From: an uncultured Candidatus Saccharibacteria bacterium
Lineage (GTDB): Bacteria > Patescibacteriota > JABMPQ01 > JAQVVF01
Direction of reading: 5' to 3'
Assembly (NCBI GenBank): GCA_964574655.1
Contig: CAZNOH010000001.1
Span: 137,852-201,851, forward strand
DNA: 64,000 nt
Shown piece after piece: positions 45,872 to 54,846 of the stretch; within the stretch, counting starts at the first letter, position 1, and every line of letters begins with the position of its first letter. The notes beneath the pieces are model-generated. The model was given only the letters and a program-made list of their open reading frames with translations, did no database searches and was not told the DNA's origin. Position numbers and translations under genes: made by a program.

Positions 45872-48112
45872 TTATTCTTCTTTTTTTTCTGGCTGGTCTT
45901 TTGTGAAATCACATTCTTTGCTCGAGCATTTTATTTTTTTATCAGTAGCATAGATTAATAATGACTGACATTTTGGACATTTTTCACCAGTTGGCTTGCT
46001 CCAGTAGGCATTTTTGCATTCAGGATATTTATTACAAGCAAAGAAGGTTTTGCCTCGTTTCGATCTTTTCTCAATAATATCGCCTTTACCGCACTTCGGA
46101 CATTTGACTCCAGTTGCTTTTTCAATTGGCTTGGTAGTTTTACATTCTGGATATTTAGAGCAAGCTAGAAATTGGCCAAAACGGCCTTGTTTAACAATCA
46201 TAGAAGATCCACATTTTTCACATTTTTCTCCAGCATATTTTTTTTCAAGCTCTTCTTTTTCTTTTTTTTCTGATTCAATTGGTTCAGCGAATTTGCATTC
46301 TGGAAAGCCAGAGCAAGCTTGGAATTTGCCGAAGCGTCCATATTTGATAACAACTGGTTTTCCGCATTTCGGACATTTTTTTCCAGTTTCTTCTTCGAAT
46401 TTTTTAACTTCTTTTTCTTTTGCTTTTAAATTTTTAGCAAAAGGATCGTAGAATTCTTTAATAGTTGGTTGCCATTTTTTTTCTCCTTCGGCAATTTTAT
46501 CTAAGCTTTCTTCCATTAAAGCTGTAAATTTAATATCAACTATTTGTGGAAAATGTTCTACTAGAAGATCATTAACTAAAATGCCGACTTCTGTTGGATA
46601 AAATTTGCGGTTTTCATCTTTGGCAATATAATTTCGAAGTTGAATCGTTGAAATTGTCGGTGCATAGGTTGATGGACGGCCAATACCTTGTTCTTCAAGC
46701 GCTTTGATTAATGTTGCTTCAGAATAACGAGCAGGTGGTTCGGTCATATGTTTGCCTGGAAGTAATTTTATGAAATCTAAAATTTCTTCTTTTGTTAATT
46801 CTGGTAGAATTACTTCTTTAAGTGGCAATTTTCCATCTTGACTGTAGACTTTTAAGAAGCCTGCAAATTTAATAGTTGAACCGTTTGATCTGAAAGTATA
46901 ATTTTTTGCTTTTATGTCAACAGAAATTGAATCTAGAGTTGCTTGTTGCATTTGGCAAGCTAAAGCTCTTTGCCAGATCAAGCGGTAAAGTCTATATTGT
47001 TTTGGATCTAAATTATTTTGAATTTCTTCTGGAACTCTGGCGAAAGATGTTGGTCTGATTGCTTCGTGTGCTTCTTGAGCTCCTTTTGATTTTGTTTTAA
47101 AACGTCTTGGTTCAGGTAGACAATGCTCTGAACTAAATTTTTGTTCAATAACTTTTTTTGCTTCTGTGAGTGCATCCTCAGCTAAATTAACAGAATCTGT
47201 TCTCATGTAAGTGATTAATCCAGTTGATTTGCCATCAAGATTGATGCCTTCGTAAAGTTGTTGAGCGAGCATCATTGTTTGCTTAGCAGAATAGCCTAAT
47301 TTTTTAGAAGCTTCTTGTTGCAAAGTACTTGTAGTAAAAGGAGGTGCTGGTGATTTTTTGATTTCTTTTTTTACGATATCTGAAACTTTATATTCGGCAT
47401 CATTAAGATCGGCAACAATTTTATCAGCTTCTTCTTTGTTTTTGATGTCTAGTTTTTTAAAAGTTGTTTCATCTTTTTTTATTAGTCTTGCTAAGAATAT
47501 TTCTTTAGCATTTTTTTTCTTCAGCTCTGCTTCTATTTGCCAGTATTCTTGTTCTTTAAATTTTTCTCTTTCTCTTTCTTTATCAACAATTAATCGAACA
47601 GCAACAGATTGTACGCGTCCGGCTGATAATCCACGTCTTATTTTTTTCCATAAAAAAGGCGATAGTTTGTAACCAACTAATCTATCTAAAACACGTCTTG
47701 CTTGTTGAGCATCAACTAAATTTAAATTAATTTTTCTTGGCTTTTTTAAAGCATTCAAGATTGCCTTTTCTGTGATTTCATGAAAAACAATACGATCAGC
47801 TTTGTTTTGATCAAGATCCAATGCTTTTACTAAATGCCAAGCAATTGCTTCTCCTTCACGGTCTTCATCAGTTGCAAGTATAACAGCATCTGCTTTTTTT
47901 GCTTCTTTTTTTAAAATACTAACTTGTTTTTTAGCTTTTGTTGGAATTATGTATTTTGGTTCAAAGTTATTTTCAACGTCAACCCCTAATTCAGCTTTGG
48001 GCAAATCTCTGATATGACCGTATGAAGATTCAATAATATAATCTTTTTTAGGCAAAAAGCGAGTTATTGTTCTGGCTTTTGTGGGAGATTCCACTATAAC
48101 TAACTTGGACAT
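45872..48112 (-). CDS. topA: DNA topoisomerase I
   Basis: LVIVESPTKA, ATDEDREGE, SAGRVQS, ITYMRTDS, C-terminal zinc ribbons. Confidence 0.98.
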   Translation of the reverse strand: MSKLVIVESPTKARTITRFLPKKDYIIESSYGHIRDLPKAELGVDVENNFEPKYIIPTKAKKQVSILKKEAKKADAVILATDEDREGEAIAWHLVKALDLDQNKADRIVFHEITEKAILNALKKPRKINLNLVDAQQARRVLDRLVGYKLSPFLWKKIRRGLSAGRVQSVAVRLIVDKEREREKFKEQEYWQIEAELKKKNAKEIFLARLIKKDETTFKKLDIKNKEEADKIVADLNDAEYKVSDIVKKEIKKSPAPPFTTSTLQQEASKKLGYSAKQTMMLAQQLYEGINLDGKSTGLITYMRTDSVNLAEDALTEAKKVIEQKFSSEHCLPEPRRFKTKSKGAQEAHEAIRPTSFARVPEEIQNNLDPKQYRLYRLIWQRALACQMQQATLDSISVDIKAKNYTFRSNGSTIKFAGFLKVYSQDGKLPLKEVILPELTKEEILDFIKLLPGKHMTEPPARYSEATLIKALEEQGIGRPSTYAPTISTIQLRNYIAKDENRKFYPTEVGILVNDLLVEHFPQIVDIKFTALMEESLDKIAEGEKKWQPTIKEFYDPFAKNLKAKEKEVKKFEEETGKKCPKCGKPVVIKYGRFGKFQACSGFPECKFAEPIESEKKEKEELEKKYAGEKCEKCGSSMIVKQGRFGQFLACSKYPECKTTKPIEKATGVKCPKCGKGDIIEKRSKRGKTFFACNKYPECKNAYWSKPTGEKCPKCQSLLIYATDKKIKCSSKECDFTKDQPEKKEE

Positions 48113-48205
48113 AAGTTTAAAAAGTAAAAAGTTAAAATTAAAAAGTAAAAAATATTTTTAATTGCATAATTTAAACAATAACGTTTTTTAAATTATTGTC
48201 AAATT

Positions 48206-49297
48206 TTATCTTGCCAGTACATAATTCATCGCGCCTAAATTGCGAACTTTGCCTTTCATTTCCATTATTGTTAAAGTTGCGCTAACTTGGGGAGCAGACA
48301 TTTTTGATTGTTGAACTATTCTATCAACATGAAGTGGTTCTTTAGTAATTATTTTTAGTAATATTTCCTCTTCTTTGGTTTCTGGAACTATTTCTTTGGT
48401 TTGTTGATATGAAGTAGCCATTGATAAGTTTAGCTCGTCTAAAATATCTTGCGCGCAAGTTATTAATTTGGCACCTTGCTTGATCAGGCTATTCGGTCCT
48501 TGAGAATTTTGTGAGTAAATGTTGCCGGGAATAGCAAAGACATCTCGATTTTGTTCTACTGCAAATCTGGCAGTTATCAGTGCGCCAGAATCAGATGGAG
48601 CTTCCGTTACTAATGTTCCGATTGAAAGGCCGGAAATTATTCTGTTTCTAGCTGGAAAATGTTGTTTAAGAGGCAATGTGCCAAGTGAATATTCAGAAAT
48701 AACTGCTCCGTGATTAGCGATAATTTCTGATAATGATTTATTGGAATATGGATAAATGCTTTGGCGGTCGATTCCTGATCCAAGGACTGCTATAGTTCTT
48801 CCCTTGACTGCAACTGCTGCTTGATGAGCTAAGGTGTCAGATCCTAAGGCGAGACCGGAAACTATGGTTATTTTGTTGCTTGCTAGCTCTTGAACAATGT
48901 CGGGAATAATTTGTTTTCCGTATTGAGATATTTTTCTGGTGCCAACAACGCCAATCGCAAATTCGTCTTGTTCTTTTATTTCTCCGCGAATATAGAGAAG
49001 CGCTGGTGGATCATAAATCTCTTTTAATAATTTCGGATAGTTTTTGTCTTTAAGAGTAACTATTTTGATATTCTCTCTTGTTAATTTTTCTATTTCTTGA
49101 TCAGGAGAAATCGTTGGTCGTTTGACTAAAACATAATCAACAATTTTGTCTTCTAGGCCAGCTTTTTTTAATTCAAGTGAATCGGCATGCCAAGCTTGTT
49201 CCATGTTTGGAAAGTAGGTATAAAGTTTCTTAAATCTTCTGGAGCCAATTTTTAGATTTTGATTTAAGGCATTCCAATATTTAAGATCATTGTCCAT
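48206..49297 (-). CDS. dprA: DNA-processing protein DprA
   Basis: IYDPPALLY, VGTRK, VSGLALG, FPARNRIISG, SGALITA. Confidence 0.96.
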   Translation of the reverse strand: MDNDLKYWNALNQNLKIGSRRFKKLYTYFPNMEQAWHADSLELKKAGLEDKIVDYVLVKRPTISPDQEIEKLTRENIKIVTLKDKNYPKLLKEIYDPPALLYIRGEIKEQDEFAIGVVGTRKISQYGKQIIPDIVQELASNKITIVSGLALGSDTLAHQAAVAVKGRTIAVLGSGIDRQSIYPYSNKSLSEIIANHGAVISEYSLGTLPLKQHFPARNRIISGLSIGTLVTEAPSDSGALITARFAVEQNRDVFAIPGNIYSQNSQGPNSLIKQGAKLITCAQDILDELNLSMATSYQQTKEIVPETKEEEILLKIITKEPLHVDRIVQQSKMSAPQVSATLTIMEMKGKVRNLGAMNYVLAR

Positions 49298-49416
49298 ATA
49301 GTTTACAAAATCGATAATTTACTTTACAGTAACAAAAAAGATGATTATAGACAAACTGTTGACAAAAATTAGAAAATAAATTATACTGCTGAGTAATTAA
49401 ATTTAATTTTATTTTT

Positions 49417-50148
49417 ATGATTAGTGAACAAAATCAAGAAGAAAAGAAACAAAAAGGAGAAAAGATGTTGAAGATTGTTTTTGGAATTATCTTTGGTATT
49501 TTAGTTTTAGGTTTAGGTGGATATTTGGTTGCTTTCTTAGTTTCAGATAATCTTGGATTCAAGAACTATATTAGTTTAAAGAAAGATAGAAAAGCTGATG
49601 AAGTTAAGACAAATGAGCAAAAAGAAAATACTAACGAAAATACAAACATAGTTAATGAAAATGTAAATAGAGATGAAAATCAAGATATTATTGCTGATTG
49701 GTTGGAATTTGATGTCCAAGGAATTTCATTCTTGTATCCTGAAGTATTGGAAAAGAGTAGAAAAGTAAGGCAGATAGATATTCCTGGTGAAAGAAAATAT
49801 GATTTTTATGATTTTGGAGTATTTGGAATTGGTATTATCAATAACGATGCAAATGAATCTTTGAAAGATGTAATAACTTATAATTTTGATCAAGAAAATT
49901 TATTAAAATTAGAAGATGTGAAGATTGGCAAAGATCGAAAAATAAATGCTTTGAAAGTTACAGTTACGGATGAATTTGATGAAAAGTATGGTATTTTAGG
50001 GATTAAATATTTCTTTGCTGTTAACAATAGAGTATTTTCGATTGTTCCTGGTCAAGCTTTTCCAACTAAAGAGGCAGAAGATTATTATACAAAAAATAAC
50101 ATCAAGAATATTGATGCTTTAATTGAGACTATCCAAGTTAAAAACTAA
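49417..50148 (+). CDS. Membrane-anchored hypothetical protein
   Basis: N-terminal TM, Asn-rich linker, own TTGACA promoter-like site at 49359. Confidence 0.65.
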   Translation: MISEQNQEEKKQKGEKMLKIVFGIIFGILVLGLGGYLVAFLVSDNLGFKNYISLKKDRKADEVKTNEQKENTNENTNIVNENVNRDENQDIIADWLEFDVQGISFLYPEVLEKSRKVRQIDIPGERKYDFYDFGVFGIGIINNDANESLKDVITYNFDQENLLKLEDVKIGKDRKINALKVTVTDEFDEKYGILGIKYFFAVNNRVFSIVPGQAFPTKEAEDYYTKNNIKNIDALIETIQVKN

Positions 50149-53100
50149 GCAAAAAATTGTAAACTTTGTTTTAAAGAATTTTTCCAGTCTGGTCCTAGAT
50201 CAGACTGGTTTATTTTTATTTCAGTATCTTCAATATCCCATTGAGGATTTTTTTTGATTAATTCGTAAGCTTTTTGATAATTTGTTTGTCTTTGAAAATT
50301 AATAACAAAACGGTTATAGTTTTTGCCATCTGGCTGATTGATTTGTTTTGTTTTAATAAATTTTATTTTTGCTTTTTGGGCGATGATTTTAAGTTCCAAA
50401 ATATAAAACAGGTTATCAATGTATGATTTTTCTCTAATACCATCTCTAATAATACTAATGTGATCTCGAATATTGTTAATGAGGTTTTGTTCGTATTCTT
50501 GAAGTTCATTAATGTTTTCAATGTTGGCAATTTGTTGATATAATTTTAAACGTTTTTCAAAGTTTGGGAATATTTTTTCAGGAAGATATGCAGATAATGG
50601 TAAATCAAGAGTTGGCGATATTTTTTCTTCTATTGTTTTTTCTTGTCCTGATTTTAGATTTTGGATTGCTTGATTTAAAAGTCGGCAATATAAATTTAAG
50701 CCAATTGTTGTGACAGCGCCTGATTGTTCTTTTCCTAAAATATTTCCAGCACCTCTAATTTCGAGATCTCTAAGCGCTAATTGAAATCCTGAGCCAAGTT
50801 CTTTTGCTTCAAGTAATGCTTCTAGTCTTCTTCTGGCTTTTTCTTTTAATTCAGTGCTTTTGTATAAGAAATAAGCATAGGCTTGTTTAGTGCTTCTGCC
50901 AACTCTGCCTTTTAGTTGATATAAATCAGCGAGGCCGAAGTTCACAGCATTATCAATTATAATAGTATTAACATTTGGAACATCAAGGCCATTTTCAATG
51001 ATTGAAGAAGCGACCAAGATATCAATTTTTTTGTCGTAAAATTCGGACATTATCTTTTCAAGATTGTTTTCTGGCATTTGTCCATGAGCAAAAGCAACTG
51101 AAACTGGCTTATTGTATTTTTTTAATAAGTTTTTAATTTTTTGAGTTGTAGCTTGGATAGTTTGAACTTTGTTATGAAGAAAATATATTTGGCCATTGCG
51201 ATCTAATTCTTTTTTAAAAGCATTCATAATAATTTCTTCTGAATATGGTTTGATAAAATTGGCTACTGATTGGCGGCCTGGAGGAGGAGTGTTGATGATA
51301 CTAATATCTCTTAATCCTGACAATGACAAGTTCAATGTTCTTGGGATAGGAGTTGCTGATAATGCTAAAATGTCGATATTGGCTTTTAATTTCTTTATTG
51401 TTTCTTTATGTTTGACGCCAAATCTTTGTTCTTCGTCTAAAATGAGGAGGCCTAAATCTTTAAATTTGATATCATCAGATAATAGTCGATGAGTGCCGAT
51501 TACAATATTTATTTGGCCTAAGGATAATTTTTTTAAAATGTCTTGTTGCTGTATTTTTGATTGAAAACGAGAAATAACAGCAATCTTTAAATCGAAATTT
51601 TCTAGTCGGTTTTTAAAATTATCAAAATGTTGTTTAGCAAGAATTGTTGTTGGACAAAGAATGGCAACTTGTTTTTTGTCTTGAGTGGCTTTGAAGGCAG
51701 CTCTCAATGCAATTTCTGTTTTGCCAAAACCAACATCGCCACAGATCAGGCGATCCATTGGTTTCTTCAATTTTTTCTTTTCCATATCAATTTTTACTTC
51801 TGCTATAACTTTCAATTGATCAGGAGTTTCTTGATAGGGAAAGCTATCTTCTAATTCTTTTTGTTTTTCTGTGTCAGTTGAAAAAGCAAAGCCAAGTGAT
51901 TTTTCGCGGTTGGCGTAAATTTTTAGAAGATCTTTTGCAATAATTTCAGTTTTCTTTTTAATTTTACTTTTTAATTCTAGCCATGAGGCTGTATGAAGAT
52001 GGTTGATTTTTGGGTGTGATTGACCGATATATTTTGTTATTTTTTCAGAATATTCAACTGGCAAGAAAAGCTTATCATTGTTAGCATATTCTAAAATCAG
52101 ATATTCTTTTTTATTATTATCAATAATCTTTTTTGTTGTTCCTTTAAATAAACAGATACCATGATCCTCATGGACTAAAAAGTCATTGATTTTTAATTCC
52201 GAAATAAAAGCCTCATTAATGCTTTTTTTGTTTTCTGTTCTTTCTTGAATTATTTCATTGTCAGTTAAAAGCAATAATTTATGTTGATTGCTCTTGAAGC
52301 CAGAAATATTTTTTGAATATTCTTTTTTTTCAAAAATGATTTTTGAGAAATTAATATCTAGATTGGCAAATATTTTTTTAATTGCTTTTTCATCTTGGGT
52401 AAAAATAATTATTTTAAAATCTTGGTATTTTTGTAACTCTTTTTTTAATGCCAATAAATTGTTGGCGTAATTTGATATTGATAAAAAGTCTAGGTCAATT
52501 GTTTTTTCTTCTGGAAAAGATTGAATAATAATCTGTGTAAACTCGCTAATTGATTTTTCGAAGTGTTGATATGGTTTGTAAGAAAAAGGATCAATTGATT
52601 CTTTTAAGCTTTCTGGATCATTGATGATCATTAATGCTTGCTTTGGCAACACTAAATAATCAGATAATTTTCCATTGCTGTCATTGGTTTTAATCGGAGG
52701 AATGAGAATGTTATTAATACTTTTTAATGCTTTTTTATTTTTGGGATCAAAGATCTGAATATTCTCAATTTTGTTGCCAATGAATTCCAAGCGAACAGGA
52801 TATTTTTTGTTGATTGGAAAAATTTCAATTAAACCGCCTTTTTTTGAGAAGAGTCCTTTTGCTACTGCATTAGTTTCTCGTTCGTATCCTTGAGAAGCAA
52901 ATTGTTGAGACAAGTCATTTGGGTCAATATTTTCATTTTTCGAAGCTGTAGAAAAATTTTTTTCAAAATTACTTATTTTCGGACATGAACTATTAATGTG
53001 TTCAATGGGAATAATATAAAATCCAGGTTTGTTTTCAGAAATATCAGATAAGAAATTTTGCTTTTTTATAAAGCTCTGCCTTATTTTTTCATTTTCTAAA

Positions 53101-53354
53101 TTCAATGATTTTTCTTCAATTGGCTTAAATATTTTGATTATGATATTTTTATTTTGCCAATTTCTGAGATTTGAATATGTTGATAGGGCAGTATCATGGT
53201 TTTTTACGAAATAAAAAATCGGCTGATCCAATTTTTCTGGGGGTATCAGCTTGGTAATAATGAATGGCTTTGCTTGTTCACAAATGCCGGTAAGAATCGT
53301 CTTTTTGCTTCGCAGGGGTTCAAGATTTTGAACCCCTGCCTGTTGTTCTAGCAT
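50145..53354 (-). CDS. mfd: Transcription-repair coupling factor
   Basis: CarD/RID region VHEDHGI, DRLICGDVGFGKTE, DEEQRFG, SATPIPRT, QLKGRVGR, RDLEIRGAG. Confidence 0.95.
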   Translation of the reverse strand: MLEQQAGVQNLEPLRSKKTILTGICEQAKPFIITKLIPPEKLDQPIFYFVKNHDTALSTYSNLRNWQNKNIIIKIFKPIEEKSLNLENEKIRQSFIKKQNFLSDISENKPGFYIIPIEHINSSCPKISNFEKNFSTASKNENIDPNDLSQQFASQGYERETNAVAKGLFSKKGGLIEIFPINKKYPVRLEFIGNKIENIQIFDPKNKKALKSINNILIPPIKTNDSNGKLSDYLVLPKQALMIINDPESLKESIDPFSYKPYQHFEKSISEFTQIIIQSFPEEKTIDLDFLSISNYANNLLALKKELQKYQDFKIIIFTQDEKAIKKIFANLDINFSKIIFEKKEYSKNISGFKSNQHKLLLLTDNEIIQERTENKKSINEAFISELKINDFLVHEDHGICLFKGTTKKIIDNNKKEYLILEYANNDKLFLPVEYSEKITKYIGQSHPKINHLHTASWLELKSKIKKKTEIIAKDLLKIYANREKSLGFAFSTDTEKQKELEDSFPYQETPDQLKVIAEVKIDMEKKKLKKPMDRLICGDVGFGKTEIALRAAFKATQDKKQVAILCPTTILAKQHFDNFKNRLENFDLKIAVISRFQSKIQQQDILKKLSLGQINIVIGTHRLLSDDIKFKDLGLLILDEEQRFGVKHKETIKKLKANIDILALSATPIPRTLNLSLSGLRDISIINTPPPGRQSVANFIKPYSEEIIMNAFKKELDRNGQIYFLHNKVQTIQATTQKIKNLLKKYNKPVSVAFAHGQMPENNLEKIMSEFYDKKIDILVASSIIENGLDVPNVNTIIIDNAVNFGLADLYQLKGRVGRSTKQAYAYFLYKSTELKEKARRRLEALLEAKELGSGFQLALRDLEIRGAGNILGKEQSGAVTTIGLNLYCRLLNQAIQNLKSGQEKTIEEKISPTLDLPLSAYLPEKIFPNFEKRLKLYQQIANIENINELQEYEQNLINNIRDHISIIRDGIREKSYIDNLFYILELKIIAQKAKIKFIKTKQINQPDGKNYNRFVINFQRQTNYQKAYELIKKNPQWDIEDTEIKINQSDLGPDWKNSLKQSLQFFA
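53312..53339. repeat. REP-like palindrome within the mfd N-terminal coding region
   Basis: gcaggggttcaa-gatt-ttgaacccctgc; encodes AGVQNLEPL on the minus strand. Confidence 0.7.
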
Positions 53355-53480
53355 GGGCAGATGATAACATTTTTTTTGATGTAAGGCAAGGTTTCAAGCA
53401 AACAAAAAAATGTTTTTTGTTTCAATTTTGTTATTAGTAAATCTTGACAATATTTTTTGCTTTGATAAGATGTTATGAAA

Positions 53481-53630
53481 ATGTTTTTTTCATTTTTCTG
53501 TCTGCGAGTAGCCAAAGCAAAACTATCCCTCCTTAAGTTTTGTGAGTAGCTATAAATTAAGCTTTTGCTTAGGCTCGCAGACAGGAAAATGGGAAGAATA
53601 TGAAAAAAATCACCTAATGTGGTTTTTTAT
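53481..53630 (+). ncRNA. Candidate stand-alone structured RNA
   Basis: TTGACA/TAAGAT promoter-like site (53444-53471), 28-bp closing stem with five G-U pairs, inner stem, downstream hairpin + T run, no credible ORF. Confidence 0.5.
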
Positions 53631-53703
53631 TTAGGCTTGACTTTTTTTAATTATCTGTTATGTTGGTGTTAGTACTTTCCACGAGGAGAAAAGGAGGAGA
53701 GAG

Positions 53704-54246
53704 ATGAGTCTAGCTTTGGACATGGGAACAACTCCAATTGGTTTGGAAGCAAAAACTCGTTTTTTATCTTTTGGATTTTTACAACTTGGTGATTATACGA
53801 TTAATTTGGAAGATTGTATGATTTTGATTCAGTTTGTACTTCGGCAAGCTTTTTTGCTAGAGACAAAATTGACATGGAGGTTTTGGAAGTATTTCCGAAA
53901 TCTTAGGATTTGGAAAGGATATTCTGAGACAATGCGTTGTAAAAAAATTTGTACTCATAGAATTCATTCAGAGGGTAGTTCTTTATGTCAGCTTGTAGGT
54001 GCTGTTGAAGATTGGTCCGTATCTGTCGAAAGCGGTGTTTTGCAGAGAGAGCTTGTTCCTAGGAAGATTTCAGTAGCAATTTCTTTTGGAGGAATAAGAA
54101 TTGGTGATTATAATCTTTCTAATGCTGATTTTTTGTGCTTAATGGATTATGTTTTGACAAATGAGAATTTGGCTAAGAGTGATCTTAGAAGAAGATTCAT
54201 GAAGAATGTAAGGCGTTGGAAGTGTTTTGAAAGATATGTTCGTTGA
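53704..54246 (+). CDS. Hypothetical protein with internal duplication
   Basis: AAGGAGG SD; repeats FGFLQLGDYTINLEDCMILIQFVL / FGGIRIGDYNLSNADFLCLMDYVL; terminator agactga...tcagtct-T run. Confidence 0.65.
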   Translation: MSLALDMGTTPIGLEAKTRFLSFGFLQLGDYTINLEDCMILIQFVLRQAFLLETKLTWRFWKYFRNLRIWKGYSETMRCKKICTHRIHSEGSSLCQLVGAVEDWSVSVESGVLQRELVPRKISVAISFGGIRIGDYNLSNADFLCLMDYVLTNENLAKSDLRRRFMKNVRRWKCFERYVR

Positions 54247-54291
54247 GACTGATTGCTTGTCAGTCTTTTTTTTATTTTGTTTTAAATTTAC

Positions 54292-54837
54292 CTACGTCCT
54301 GCGGGATTCTGGCGGACAAACAATTTCTTTTATGACTTGATCAATGCTTTTGTTGATAATGTCTTGTTCTTCTTTTGAGAAATTTCCAAGAACATAATTG
54401 GCAGTATCTGCAATTTGTTCTTTTGGCAAATTCAAAATGCCAATTCGGAAGCGATTAATTTCATTTGTATTTAAGCTTTGAATAATTGATTGCATGCCAT
54501 TGTGTCCACCAGCGGATTGGCCAGAAGTTCTAATTTCGCCAAGTTGCAAATCAATGTCGTCGTAAATTATTGTTAAATCTTTTTTAGGATCAATTTTGTA
54601 AAACGAAATAAGGGCTTGAACTGCAAGGCCTGACTTATTCATGAAAGTTTGCGGTTTGGCAAATATCGTTTTTTCGTTGTTAATATTTGTTTGGCTAATT
54701 TCAGCGTTAAATTTTTTTTCCAAACTAAAATTTAAATTTAGCTTTTTTGTTAAAGCATCGAGTGTCATAAAGCCGACATTGTGGCGAGTGTTTCGATATT
54801 TCTCGCCAGGATTGCCTAGTCCGATTATAATTTTCAT
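54292..54837 (-). CDS. pth: Peptidyl-tRNA hydrolase
   Basis: GLGNPG..Y..TRHNVGF, KPQTFMNKSG, SAGGHNG; stop codon supplied by a family-A repeat (54287-54320). Confidence 0.95.
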   Translation of the reverse strand: MKIIIGLGNPGEKYRNTRHNVGFMTLDALTKKLNLNFSLEKKFNAEISQTNINNEKTIFAKPQTFMNKSGLAVQALISFYKIDPKKDLTIIYDDIDLQLGEIRTSGQSAGGHNGMQSIIQSLNTNEINRFRIGILNLPKEQIADTANYVLGNFSKEEQDIINKSIDQVIKEIVCPPESRRT

Positions 54838-54846
54838 ATTATTATT

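Noticed and set aside
46014-46451. Antisense ORFs overlapping core genes (for example 46014-46451, 55439-55960, 62741-63139)
   Set aside because: They are shadow frames of well-supported genes and have no recognisable motifs.
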